The position numbers were made by a program, and so were the translations under genes. Below, piece by piece: positions 31,586 through 41,237 of a stretch of 64,000 nt of DNA (its first letter is position 1; each line of letters opens with the position of its first letter). The notes under the pieces were generated by a model. That model had not been told where the DNA came from and made no database searches. It saw only the letters and a list, made by a program, of their open reading frames with translations. This DNA is from Myxococcota bacterium (GTDB lineage Bacteria > Myxococcota > XYA12-FULL-58-9 > JABJBS01): positions 18,218-82,217 of the forward strand of contig JAYZAY010000078.1 in the NCBI GenBank assembly GCA_036339465.1, written 5' to 3'.

Positions 31586-32235
31586 GGGGAGTCTTCATCA
31601 CAGGAACCGATACAAGTATTGGCAAAACTGTCATCAGCGCCTCAATAGTTCAGGCATTCAGCCCCAATTCATCCTACTGGAAGCCAATCCAAACAGGATG
31701 GCCCGACGATGACGACTTAGACTTTATTAGAACCATGACTGCCCTTGATCCCAGCCGGTGCATCCCAAACACTTATCGGCTAAAAGAGCCTGCCTCACCT
31801 CACTATGCAGCGAGACAAGAAGGCACTGATATATCCATAGAAAATGTTCTTAACGCACAAACATCACTCCCCAAGGACTCGTTTTACATCATAGAAGGTG
31901 CCGGCGGCTTATTGGTCCCACTAAACGAAAAAGAACTAATGGTCGACCTCATGGCTCGACTTAAACTTCCCGTGGTTTTGGTGAGTTCAACAGGATTAGG
32001 AACCATTAATCACACACTTCTCAGTTTGTTTTATCTCGAAAAGCGAAGCATTCCCACCTTGGGAATCATCACGATTGGCCCTCCCGACCCATCCATGCTC
32101 AGTGCACTGGCTGAACACTCCACAGTACCCATTCTTGCAGAAATCCCACAAGTCACTCACGTCAACCAAAAAGAGATACTCTCATTTGCCAAAAACCTAC
32201 AAGCTTCAAAACTCGCGGAAATGATACCCCAATGA
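31582..32235 (+). CDS. bioD: dethiobiotin synthase
   Basis: ITGTDTSIGKT, KPIQTG, EGAGG and LGTINHT motifs. Confidence 0.95.
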   Translation: MRGVFITGTDTSIGKTVISASIVQAFSPNSSYWKPIQTGWPDDDDLDFIRTMTALDPSRCIPNTYRLKEPASPHYAARQEGTDISIENVLNAQTSLPKDSFYIIEGAGGLLVPLNEKELMVDLMARLKLPVVLVSSTGLGTINHTLLSLFYLEKRSIPTLGIITIGPPDPSMLSALAEHSTVPILAEIPQVTHVNQKEILSFAKNLQASKLAEMIPQ

Positions 32236-33524
32236 CACCAAGCTCACTCCAACTAGAGGACCGAAAATTCACATGGCATCCCTTCACCCAGCAACATCAA
32301 GCTCCAATTCCAATCCCTGTGGTGAGAGCGAACGGCAGTTACCTACAAACTGAAGATGGCCACCAAATATTAGACTGCATTTCCAGCTGGTGGACGAATA
32401 TCCACGGACATGGAAACCCAAAGATCGTTCAAGCCATCGCCGACCAAGCTGCGACTCTAGACCATGTCCTCTTCGCAGGCTGCACTCATCCTAAAGCAGT
32501 TGAGGTCGCAAAACGCTTACAACAAGTCAGTCCACCTGGAATAGAAAGAACTTTCTTTTCCGACAATGGGTCAACCGCAGTAGAAGTAGCACTAAAAATG
32601 GCCTATCAATACTGGCGCAATAAGGGGCTACCTGCCAAGAAAAAATTTATCGCCTTCGATGGTGCGTATCACGGAGATACCATAGGGGCGATGTCCGCCG
32701 GTGATCCAAAAGAATTTGGAGTCACCTTTCAGTCGTTGCTTATCCCAATCGAAAGACTGCCTCTACCCAAATGGAAACAAGAAAATTTCGAAACGATTAT
32801 TTCACAACTAAGAGAATTACTAACCGAAAAAAATCAACACTATGCGGGAATCATCATAGAACCGATGGTGCAAGGTGCGGGAGGAATGAAAATTTATTCC
32901 AGCGCTTTCTTAGGGGAGCTTCGGCACATCTGCGACCAGTTCAATGTCCTACTGATTGCAGATGAAGTCATGACCGGCTTTGGTAGAACCGGAAAACTAT
33001 TCGCCATGGAACACGCCGAAATCACACCCGATATTATGTGTATTGCCAAAGGGTTAACCGGGGGAGTACTTCCTTTAGCCGCTACTTTAACGACTTCAGA
33101 CATATATGAAGCATTCCTAGACGAATCCATCGAAAAGGCATTCCTACATGGGCATTCCTTCACGGCAAATCCCATTGCGTGTGCTGCGGCGGTTGCAAGC
33201 TTAGACATTTTCTCTGAGCCCGAAACTTTAGCCCAGAGTCTCACTATTGAAAATTATTATGCCCATCGGCTTCCCACTCTCAACAGGCATTCGACCGTCA
33301 AAGAAACTCGCTGGTTGGGTTCCATTGGGGTTGTTGAGTTGAATTGCGGAACCACCAGCTACTTCAATCAAATCGGTCAACAAATTCGCGAATATTTTTT
33401 CAAACGTGGCTTTCTCGCCAGGCCTCTTGGAAATGTATTTTACACCTTGCCCCCGCTCTCAACCTCCATTGAAGAAATCGAAAGTATTTATGATACCCTC
33501 GAAGAATTCCTCGAAACACTGTAA
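32232..33524 (+). CDS. bioA: adenosylmethionine-8-amino-7-oxononanoate transaminase
   Basis: WHPFTQ, SWW, DNGSTAVEVALK, DEVMTGFGRTG and AKGLTGG motifs. Confidence 0.95.
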   Translation: MTPSSLQLEDRKFTWHPFTQQHQAPIPIPVVRANGSYLQTEDGHQILDCISSWWTNIHGHGNPKIVQAIADQAATLDHVLFAGCTHPKAVEVAKRLQQVSPPGIERTFFSDNGSTAVEVALKMAYQYWRNKGLPAKKKFIAFDGAYHGDTIGAMSAGDPKEFGVTFQSLLIPIERLPLPKWKQENFETIISQLRELLTEKNQHYAGIIIEPMVQGAGGMKIYSSAFLGELRHICDQFNVLLIADEVMTGFGRTGKLFAMEHAEITPDIMCIAKGLTGGVLPLAATLTTSDIYEAFLDESIEKAFLHGHSFTANPIACAAAVASLDIFSEPETLAQSLTIENYYAHRLPTLNRHSTVKETRWLGSIGVVELNCGTTSYFNQIGQQIREYFFKRGFLARPLGNVFYTLPPLSTSIEEIESIYDTLEEFLETL

Positions 33525-33579
33525 AGGGGTATCACCACCAGACGCCAGTTTGGTTTATATATCTAAGGCCAATTTATTG

Positions 33580-33619
33580 AACTGGTCTTGACATCGGTCC
33601 CAATTAGTCATACCGAATT
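33580..33619 (+). promoter_or_regulatory. putative -35 element with FadR-like operator half-sites
   Basis: AACTGGTC directly abuts TTGACA (33588-33593). Imperfect palindrome AATTAGTCATACCGAATT, then GGAGGAG RBS. The -10 element is weak. Confidence 0.35.
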
Positions 33620-33634
33620 GTCGGAGGAGCGATC

Positions 33635-34495
33635 ATGACCATTAATAGCCAAACAACCAGTGATTTGACCCCTACGAGCAAAAAAGACAACGGCAGTTTA
33701 AACAATGGCAAAAGCCCCCGAGCTTCCGATCGAGTTGCCAACCGACTGCGAAAAGACATTTTAAGTCGCCAATTACCCGTGGGTTGTAGATTACTACCGG
33801 AACGTAAATTGGCGGAAGTTCTTGGTGTATCCCGAGTAACCGTTCGCTCAGCAATCGCAACCCTACAATCGGAACAACTCCTCGAAGTGAAGCGGGGCTC
33901 TGGAATTACGGTCTTAGATTATCGAGAAAGCGCCAGTGTGGACCTCTTCTCGTGGCTCATCGCCAGCGACACATTGCCCGCTGAGGAACAATTCGAAGTC
34001 TTTTGCCAAGTTGTCCGGGTGCGTCAAACCCTTGCCATTCCAACCCTATTCGAGGCCATCACCAAAGCTTCCCCAGAGGACCGCAAGTCAATTGAATCGT
34101 TGATTAAACAACAGGAAAAAAACCTTGACGACGGCGCAAGATATATAGACCTAGACCTAGAAATTGGCCAACATATCGCCAGAATAGCTGACAATCTCGT
34201 AGTTGAATTACTGCACAACAGCCTTAGAAGAGCGATGGCCTCCCGCGAGAAATTAATCCTCGCTTTTCTCGGCCCCCTAGAAGCGCACTGTCGGTATTAT
34301 CAGTTTATCCTTCAAGCCTTCGAACTCGGTGTTCAGCTCGCAAGCAACAAAGCGATGCGAGAACAATTAGTTGAAACCATTCAATTTTTCGAAGCAGAGG
34401 GCCTAAAGCGTGCCAAGACCTTCTTCGACTCTACCGGTCCTTCACTCGACCCCGGCCCCACGGAAGGACCAGGACTGGTCCATCCTAGAGGCTAA
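33635..34495 (+). CDS. GntR/FadR-family regulator
   Basis: LLPERKLAEVLGVSRVTVRSA...RGSG winged HTH plus FCD-like C-terminus. Confidence 0.9.
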   Translation: MTINSQTTSDLTPTSKKDNGSLNNGKSPRASDRVANRLRKDILSRQLPVGCRLLPERKLAEVLGVSRVTVRSAIATLQSEQLLEVKRGSGITVLDYRESASVDLFSWLIASDTLPAEEQFEVFCQVVRVRQTLAIPTLFEAITKASPEDRKSIESLIKQQEKNLDDGARYIDLDLEIGQHIARIADNLVVELLHNSLRRAMASREKLILAFLGPLEAHCRYYQFILQAFELGVQLASNKAMREQLVETIQFFEAEGLKRAKTFFDSTGPSLDPGPTEGPGLVHPRG

Positions 34496-34726
34496 ATTTA
34501 CAGAATGCCCCCACCTAAATTTAGTTTAAAGAAGCTAGCCCTCGCAGTATAAAGCGGTGTCGTGGGTATGTGCGTTTTGTGCCACAAATCACAGAAAATG
34601 GGTTGCAGGAACCTGGCCCGATAAGTATATCGTCCAATCAACCGGGGTGGGAGCGACAAACATTGGTTGGTCCAAATAATCAGTGAGGAGAGCTTCCCAG
34701 GAATACTCAACGACCAACGCGTTTAG

Positions 34727-37315
34727 GTGATGTTCATGAAGAGTCTCTCTAAGACATTTCTAATAGCCTGCATTTTTTCTTTTACCGCTACCGCCTGTAC
34801 AGGGAGCCTCAGCCGGCAAAACGGTAAAAATCCGCAGGATACCGATGAAATAGAAACGAAACAGGATCAAGCCAGCTATATCCCTGCTACCGGTGGCGAG
34901 TCTTTCAGTGATGGAGGTGAATTCTCCGTCTATATCCCTGCCGGTATCATTATTCCCAAAATCAGCACCGATCCTGGCGACAACATCAGCGATAGCCGTG
35001 CAACCACCCAAGATTTGCCTAGCGCAAATGTGACAATTGTTTCCGTAGAGCCCAATGAAGTATTCACGGGTGCCTCCATTTCAAAAAGCTATGAAGTCAA
35101 GGTTGAATTAGAAAACGCTGAGTTTAGCTCACATGCTCTTTTCCATCTGCGTTACCATGTCGTTTCTGACAGCATCTCAGAAGAAGAACTCCAGAAGCGC
35201 GCTTTCGCCATTGAAAAAGACGACGAGGACAAACTAACTCTCCTTAAAGTAAGTAAACATACCGATGGCTTTATCTGGTCTTCATCAACTGTTATCGAAG
35301 CCCGTTTTACCCTTCTCGACACTTCAGCTTTTTGCGTATGTGACCTAACGATCGATGAATGTGATTCAGACTGTGATTGCGATAACATGTGCGCCGAAAG
35401 CACCCCTGACTCCGAAATAGGTGGGTCACTGAATTGCGACTCAGATCAGTTCTCATGCACAGGTGGAAATCAGTGTATCCCTGTCGCTTGGAAATGTGAT
35501 GGTATCCCAAATTGCAATGACGGCAGCGATGAAATTATCGAAACGTGCCCCGATGCTGGAAATAATAGCGCAAACCCAGCAACAACACCCATTGCCGATG
35601 ACGAATACGAACCCGACGACACACACCGAGCAGCAACGGATATCGTTCTTGGCGAGCCCCAAACCCACAGTCTCCCTGATGGCGACAAGGATTTCGTTAC
35701 ATTTGAGTTAATACAATCTAAGGATGTCATCATCGAAACCGTGGGTAGTGCTGGCGGAGATACGAAGCTGACTCTCTATGACCAAACCCCCACAATCCTA
35801 GAAACCGACGCTGACGGCGGTGAAGGATACTTTTCAAAACTCGAAATGCGTAATCTGGATCCTGGCAAATATTATGTCGAAGTCTCCGGCTACAGCTGGG
35901 GCTCGTACTATGGTGACGGAATTCCGGCTTATACCCTCAGTGTAACCGCTACCGACCCACTTCCCGCCGCGCCCACAGACCTTACGGCGACAGCAAACGA
36001 GGACGTGATGATTCTTTCTTGGACCCCAGTGGAAAACGCAATAGAATATGAGCTTCATTACGGAATGGACTCCGGCGCCCCTTACCCTCTGGTTGGCTCC
36101 GACTTCGTCGCCGATCAAGGTGCCGGTCCTATTTTAACAACGGAGGCTGAGCTTACTCTGAACGGTCTTCAAAGAGGAAAGACCTACTACTTCACTGTCC
36201 GAGCAAAATTCGATGGAGATATTTACAGCTATTACTCCACTCAAGTCGGCAAGATGCTACCAATCGAGCAAGATAGTTTCGAACCAAACAATACCTGGGA
36301 AACAGCCACACCAATCGTAACCGGTGACACACATTCGCACTCTATTCATCAAAACGATGACAAGGACTTTTCGGTATTCACCATAGCTGCTCCTGCAACC
36401 GTCACAGCTGAAACAACAGGAGTCGAGGGTGACACCATCATGTACATCTACGTTGTGGAAAATGGCGAATTGGTAGAAAAGTACAAAAACGATGACAACA
36501 GCGATGACGACCGTGGTTTTGGGTACCGCTTCTCCAAGCTCGTTGTGGAACTCGATCCCGGAACTTACTACATCCAAGTAAATCACTGGGGGATTGATTA
36601 TGCCAGCGACACAAGCCCAAGAACCATTGCAAACTATGACCTATCCTTAGACGTCCAGCTGCACGTACCCGTGGTGGAGGGTCCAGACAGCTTCGACGCC
36701 ACTACCACCGACAACATTTTAGCCGATGCTTCCAGCATCAATGTCGGTGATACACAGGAAAGAAACTTTCATAACGATACAGATGTTGATTTTGTGGAGT
36801 TTACTCTAGCGATTGATTCAGACATTGCCGTTACAACTTCCGGAACCGCCGGAGGGACCATCATTACATTGCTCGATAATTCGGGTTCAGTTCTAGAAAT
36901 CGTAGGTAGCTCTAGCTCCGCCACATTTCTTCCCCTTAACAGAACTCGGCTTCCAGCGGGAACCTATTACTTAGAAATCAGAAACGCATTCCCCAATATG
37001 GGCTTTCCCTACACTTTAAACCTAAAAGCAGACGGCTACCCAACAGCACCATCAGGCATTACCATAACGCCCGCACCCGGAAAATTGACCATCAGCTGGC
37101 CAGCTGTCGCAGGAGCAACCAGCTACAGGGTTTACTATGTTAATATGGCATGGCAGGATGCTGGTGAAGGAGAATCTCCCATCACCGTGACGGCCCCCTC
37201 AATTGAGTTGACCGGGTTACCAACTGAACAGGCTACTTCAATCCGTATAAGCGCCCTAATTGATAACCGTGAAAGCACTAAATCAGCAACGCATGACGCA
37301 CGACCTCTGCCTTAG
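34727..37315 (+). CDS. mosaic surface lipoprotein: ZU5-like, Cys-rich, LDLa, PPC-like x3, FN3 x2
   Basis: Lipobox ATAC; CDSDQFSC...CIPVAWKCDGIPNCNDGSDE (LDLa); DxYEPxD repeats; PxAP..L..W..V..A..Y FN3 repeats. Confidence 0.8.
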   Translation: MMFMKSLSKTFLIACIFSFTATACTGSLSRQNGKNPQDTDEIETKQDQASYIPATGGESFSDGGEFSVYIPAGIIIPKISTDPGDNISDSRATTQDLPSANVTIVSVEPNEVFTGASISKSYEVKVELENAEFSSHALFHLRYHVVSDSISEEELQKRAFAIEKDDEDKLTLLKVSKHTDGFIWSSSTVIEARFTLLDTSAFCVCDLTIDECDSDCDCDNMCAESTPDSEIGGSLNCDSDQFSCTGGNQCIPVAWKCDGIPNCNDGSDEIIETCPDAGNNSANPATTPIADDEYEPDDTHRAATDIVLGEPQTHSLPDGDKDFVTFELIQSKDVIIETVGSAGGDTKLTLYDQTPTILETDADGGEGYFSKLEMRNLDPGKYYVEVSGYSWGSYYGDGIPAYTLSVTATDPLPAAPTDLTATANEDVMILSWTPVENAIEYELHYGMDSGAPYPLVGSDFVADQGAGPILTTEAELTLNGLQRGKTYYFTVRAKFDGDIYSYYSTQVGKMLPIEQDSFEPNNTWETATPIVTGDTHSHSIHQNDDKDFSVFTIAAPATVTAETTGVEGDTIMYIYVVENGELVEKYKNDDNSDDDRGFGYRFSKLVVELDPGTYYIQVNHWGIDYASDTSPRTIANYDLSLDVQLHVPVVEGPDSFDATTTDNILADASSINVGDTQERNFHNDTDVDFVEFTLAIDSDIAVTTSGTAGGTIITLLDNSGSVLEIVGSSSSATFLPLNRTRLPAGTYYLEIRNAFPNMGFPYTLNLKADGYPTAPSGITITPAPGKLTISWPAVAGATSYRVYYVNMAWQDAGEGESPITVTAPSIELTGLPTEQATSIRISALIDNRESTKSATHDARPLP

Positions 37316-37553
37316 TAAAGATCCTATTCACTAAATCCCGATTCCTTAAAGTTCATCCTCTGCCCATGATGTCAATGAATTCAGCAGTGGGGACGAAGCT
37401 TTGACAGACTTCTCAGTCTCATAATTCCCCAACCCAGCTATTCCCCTAAGCAACAATAACAACATTACTAATCATGGATCCCAGCTCCGCAGACATGCTA
37501 CACTAAAATTAATTTGATCATCCAATCGGCTTTTTTGAGGGAGGGAACTCAAA

Positions 37554-38372
37554 ATGATGGAATATGATGGCGACGTTCACATATCAGCAGAGAGCCAGCT
37601 CCTTGATTACTATGCATACGACCGTATCAATGGAAGTCTTGTTATTGAAAGTACTGATCTCATAGCACTGAAACTACCAGAGCTTAAAGAGATCACAGGG
37701 GATATCATTATCACCTACAATGAATATCTAAAAGATATTCGAAATCTGGATGCCGTCACAGTTGTAGAAGGAAATATCAAGATCACCCACAACGAAACCC
37801 TATCAACGAAATCCGTTCAAGAATTTGTAGACCGAATAATAAAAGACGGAAAACTCGGTGGAAAATCCCTTGTCGAAAACAATTTGGATGACGAGATTAA
37901 AGACCAAGGAACCTTCAATGGAGATGCAAATATTTCAGCGGACTCCGACGTATTAATGTTCTCCTCCTTTTCGAAAATAACCGGTAAATTGGTAGTGAGC
38001 GGTTTGACAGTAAATTCAATCGACTTTCCTATTTTAAAAGAGGTCGGTGGTGATCTTGATATATCGAATACCTCGTTGAAAACGCTGGATGGCCTATGTC
38101 AATTGAGCCAGATAGGGGGTGAAGTTGCCATCATGGACAACAGCAGTCTTAAGGATATCAATCTAGAAAACTTAACGAACGTTAAAAAAGGCGTTACGAT
38201 TCGCGATAACTCAGTGCTGGATTCAATTACTGGTCTCGAAAATCTAGAGCAGATCGGAGGTGATCTGGAAATCGTCTTCAATGTCTATTTGAGTAATAAA
38301 GAAGCGGAAAAACTATCCGAGGATATCGATGTTGCTGGTTCAATCACAGTAGCTGACAACGAAATGTATTGA
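37554..38372 (+). CDS. receptor L-domain repeat protein
   Basis: Repeats of LxxIxGxLxIxxNxxL (e.g. LKEVGGDLDISNTSL, LEQIGGDLEIVFN); strong RBS. Confidence 0.75.
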   Translation: MMEYDGDVHISAESQLLDYYAYDRINGSLVIESTDLIALKLPELKEITGDIIITYNEYLKDIRNLDAVTVVEGNIKITHNETLSTKSVQEFVDRIIKDGKLGGKSLVENNLDDEIKDQGTFNGDANISADSDVLMFSSFSKITGKLVVSGLTVNSIDFPILKEVGGDLDISNTSLKTLDGLCQLSQIGGEVAIMDNSSLKDINLENLTNVKKGVTIRDNSVLDSITGLENLEQIGGDLEIVFNVYLSNKEAEKLSEDIDVAGSITVADNEMY

Positions 38373-38384
38373 GCACGGAGACAA

Positions 38385-38801
38385 TCACCGTGTTCCTCTC
38401 TCTTCTAAATAGGAATCAACCGCCTCCCTGACAACTTCATTAACATCCCGCTTTTCTTGAGTTGCTTTCTTCTTGAGGAATTTTATCTGCTCAGGGCGTA
38501 GAAAATAAACAGCATACTCATAAGTTCCGTAAGGTGCCTTTCCCCCAGAAACAATCGCAACATCGCCAGTTAAACGATTGATCTTATAGGTTTCTCGTAG
38601 ACTACCTCCTAACTCATAGCGAGTACCCCAAAGAAAAAGGCCAATCGCACCAAAAAACAACACAGCAATGGTTATACCCCTAAAAAAACCAGACAACTGG
38701 CCGAAAGCAGCTCCAAGCTTAACGCCCCCCCTTGAGGAAGGGACATCTTTAACCTCTACTGCCTCATCATCTTCATCAAAGTCGTCGCGCTCGTCAACCA
38801 T
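38385..38801 (-). CDS. single-pass membrane protein with C-terminal ribbon-helix-helix-like domain
   Basis: Acidic N-terminus, TM ITIAVLFFGAIGLFLW, tail YAVYFLRPEQIKFLKKKATQEKRDVNEVVREAVDSYL. Confidence 0.6.
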   Translation of the reverse strand: MVDERDDFDEDDEAVEVKDVPSSRGGVKLGAAFGQLSGFFRGITIAVLFFGAIGLFLWGTRYELGGSLRETYKINRLTGDVAIVSGGKAPYGTYEYAVYFLRPEQIKFLKKKATQEKRDVNEVVREAVDSYLEERGTR

Positions 38802-38883
38802 TACGCCACCGTCTGGTTACATTTTACCAACAATAAGTAAATCCTAGCGTTTTTTGGAGGCAGTGGCGAATTCTATGTAACTT

Positions 38884-39765
38884 TCATTCATACGAATTGA
38901 TTTTAACAGGCTCTTGCAACCAAGCCCTTGTCACTCGTCGGACTTTTTCTAGCGCATCCAAACCTCGCCGCAGATGAAATGGACCCACTTTGGGAAGTTT
39001 TGGCAAAGCCAATATCTCACTCTTGTTTCTCAAATCAGTGGGATCCATACTCTGTCTGGATTTAAACTTCGACCATGGACTTTGCTGAGGCAAGTAGTGC
39101 AAAACCCTTAGCTGACCCTCTTGAGTACCCGTTATTGCTGCCCTGTCGCGAATTCCACCATCTAAATACAACCGCCAACCAATACGAACTGGCCGGAACA
39201 TGAGCGGTAAAGCACACGAGGCACGAATGGCATCCGCAACAATTCCCTTAGAAATCAGTCTCGTTTTCCTGGATACCAAATCAAAAACAACCGAATGAAA
39301 AGGAATCACACATTCATAAAAATAATGTACATTGCGCCGCGCGAGTAGCTCATCCAAATAACGCGCAAAACGTTCTCCCTTTAATAACCCACCCACTGGA
39401 AATCCCAAATCCCAAAAATCTCTTCGCCTTAGCCCTCGTAACTCCGCTTCAATTTCGTGAGCACTTATCCCACTGGCCCACAGTCCGCCCGCCAAAGAGC
39501 CTGCGCTGGCACCAATGAGCGAACTGGGCACCACATCCTGCTCTTCGAGCGCGAAAAGAAAACCAGTGTGCGCATAAAATCCAAAAAATCCGGCCGAAAG
39601 AGAGAGCGTAAATGGTCTCTCTCTTAATAATTCACCGCGGGTTAAGGTAATACGTGCCCGTTTCTCCAAGATATTCCTCCCAAAAGTCCTACGGTGAATC
39701 GGTAGCCATAAAAAAAACGATTCCTCAAGTAAATGGCATAGAAAGTTGACCACCATCGAGGTCAA
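38884..39765 (-). CDS. patatin-like phospholipase
   Basis: SAGFFGFYAH, GASAG, ASCALP and DGG motifs; start uncertain. Confidence 0.88.
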   Translation of the reverse strand: MTSMVVNFLCHLLEESFFLWLPIHRRTFGRNILEKRARITLTRGELLRERPFTLSLSAGFFGFYAHTGFLFALEEQDVVPSSLIGASAGSLAGGLWASGISAHEIEAELRGLRRRDFWDLGFPVGGLLKGERFARYLDELLARRNVHYFYECVIPFHSVVFDLVSRKTRLISKGIVADAIRASCALPLMFRPVRIGWRLYLDGGIRDRAAITGTQEGQLRVLHYLPQQSPWSKFKSRQSMDPTDLRNKSEILALPKLPKVGPFHLRRGLDALEKVRRVTRAWLQEPVKINSYE

Positions 39766-40480
39766 GGATCGCTCCTGTCACCCACTCGCTTTCCAAGAGA
39801 AACTTCACCAAAGGAAATACGTCTTCAGGACTACCCACTCGCCCCAGAGGTATTTGCTTACCTAAAGCAGAAACCTCCTCATTGGTCATACCACTAGACC
39901 CTTCTCGGGGTCGTCTTAGCATCGGAGTATCAACCGGCCCCAAACGAATACCGTTAACCCTCAATCCCTTGCCCGCTGCCAACGATGAAATAGATCGAAT
40001 CGCCATTTCCAGCCCTGCTTTGGCGATACTGTAGATGGGACTGCTTTCTATGGCGCGTACCGCCAAAGTCGATGAAAAGAGCACCACAGAACCTGGGGTA
40101 TTCATGGACGCCAGTGCTGCCTGAAGTAGTAATACCGGTGCGACCAAATCGACCTCTAATTGCAGACGAACGCTCTCAAGCCTAAACTCATCCCATGCCC
40201 CATGCTCAATGATCCCTGCGGCATGAACCCAGTGGTCAATCGATTCACCGTCGGCCTGCAACCGAGGAAATAACGCCGTAACTTCATCTGATAAAGACAA
40301 GTCACAATGATAGCTCGCTAACCTTTTCCCATATTTCGACTCGAGCTCCTTCAATTGATGGAACTTACGCCCGACAACCAAAACCCTACATCCCTCAGAC
40401 AAGAAATTCTCACAACAAACCAGCCCGATACCCGAAGTACCGCCCGTTAAAAGAATGGTTGGAGTTCCGTTTACAGACAT
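39725..40480 (-). CDS. short-chain dehydrogenase/reductase
   Basis: TGGTSGIG, HAAG, SS, YSIAK, RVN and DGG motifs. Confidence 0.9.
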   Translation of the reverse strand: MSVNGTPTILLTGGTSGIGLVCCENFLSEGCRVLVVGRKFHQLKELESKYGKRLASYHCDLSLSDEVTALFPRLQADGESIDHWVHAAGIIEHGAWDEFRLESVRLQLEVDLVAPVLLLQAALASMNTPGSVVLFSSTLAVRAIESSPIYSIAKAGLEMAIRSISSLAAGKGLRVNGIRLGPVDTPMLRRPREGSSGMTNEEVSALGKQIPLGRVGSPEDVFPLVKFLLESEWVTGAILDLDGGQLSMPFT

Positions 40481-40481
40481 A

Positions 40482-41237
40482 TCATGACTCCGCGGGGTAA
40501 TAAGTCCGAACTCTGATTAATTCTAAATCTCTCGGGGAAATATCAGTCGCAATTTCATCTTTACGAATAAATTTGGGCCGATCAACACAAAGGATGGTGC
40601 ACTCTTCAGTCGAAGTATTTTGATAAGTATGAGGAAAGCCACGGGGCCAAAACCGACCTTCTCCAGGTAGAGCTGGGTGACCTTGCACCAAAAGCCCCGC
40701 CCCTAAAGTAAGTTCCGCTTCATCCATCTCTTTATGGTAGTGCACGGGAATTTCAGCGCCTGGGGCTACCCTCAAACGATAAACCCCCACTTTCTTTGTC
40801 TCAAAAATCACATCGACAAACCCAAATATGGCTTCCTCAATCTCAAATTCATAATCTTGCACTTCTCGGTAAATCTCTATCGACGGTTTAGCCCTACCGT
40901 CCAACGCTTCTGGTTTTGAAATATCTAAAGACACAGCTTGAACCTGAACTCGTGCACAATCAGCAGTAGGCGGCGCCAACACGTAACGTGCTATCCCTTC
41001 AGCTGCTTCCTCCAATAAATCGAATCGAGATGCCTCCAAAAGAAAACGAAGTTCACCACTCAACCGAGCATAATCAACTGTGTAGTTTATCCCCCCCAAA
41101 GCCGCTTCCCGAATGTCTACTGAAAGAGCAATATTCAAAACAACTTTTTGTTTACGAACTCGCTCGGAAGGGTAAATTCCAACCATACACGCCACAGTCA
41201 AATCTCGAATATGGATGGTGTCGGCCGATCGCGTCAT
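40482..41237 (-). CDS. folB: dihydroneopterin aldolase fused to a cupin domain
   Basis: GIYPSERVRKQ, TVDYA, LLE and SKP (FolB), then PVHYHKEMDE...PHTYQN (cupin). Confidence 0.85.
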   Translation of the reverse strand: MTRSADTIHIRDLTVACMVGIYPSERVRKQKVVLNIALSVDIREAALGGINYTVDYARLSGELRFLLEASRFDLLEEAAEGIARYVLAPPTADCARVQVQAVSLDISKPEALDGRAKPSIEIYREVQDYEFEIEEAIFGFVDVIFETKKVGVYRLRVAPGAEIPVHYHKEMDEAELTLGAGLLVQGHPALPGEGRFWPRGFPHTYQNTSTEECTILCVDRPKFIRKDEIATDISPRDLELIRVRTYYPAES

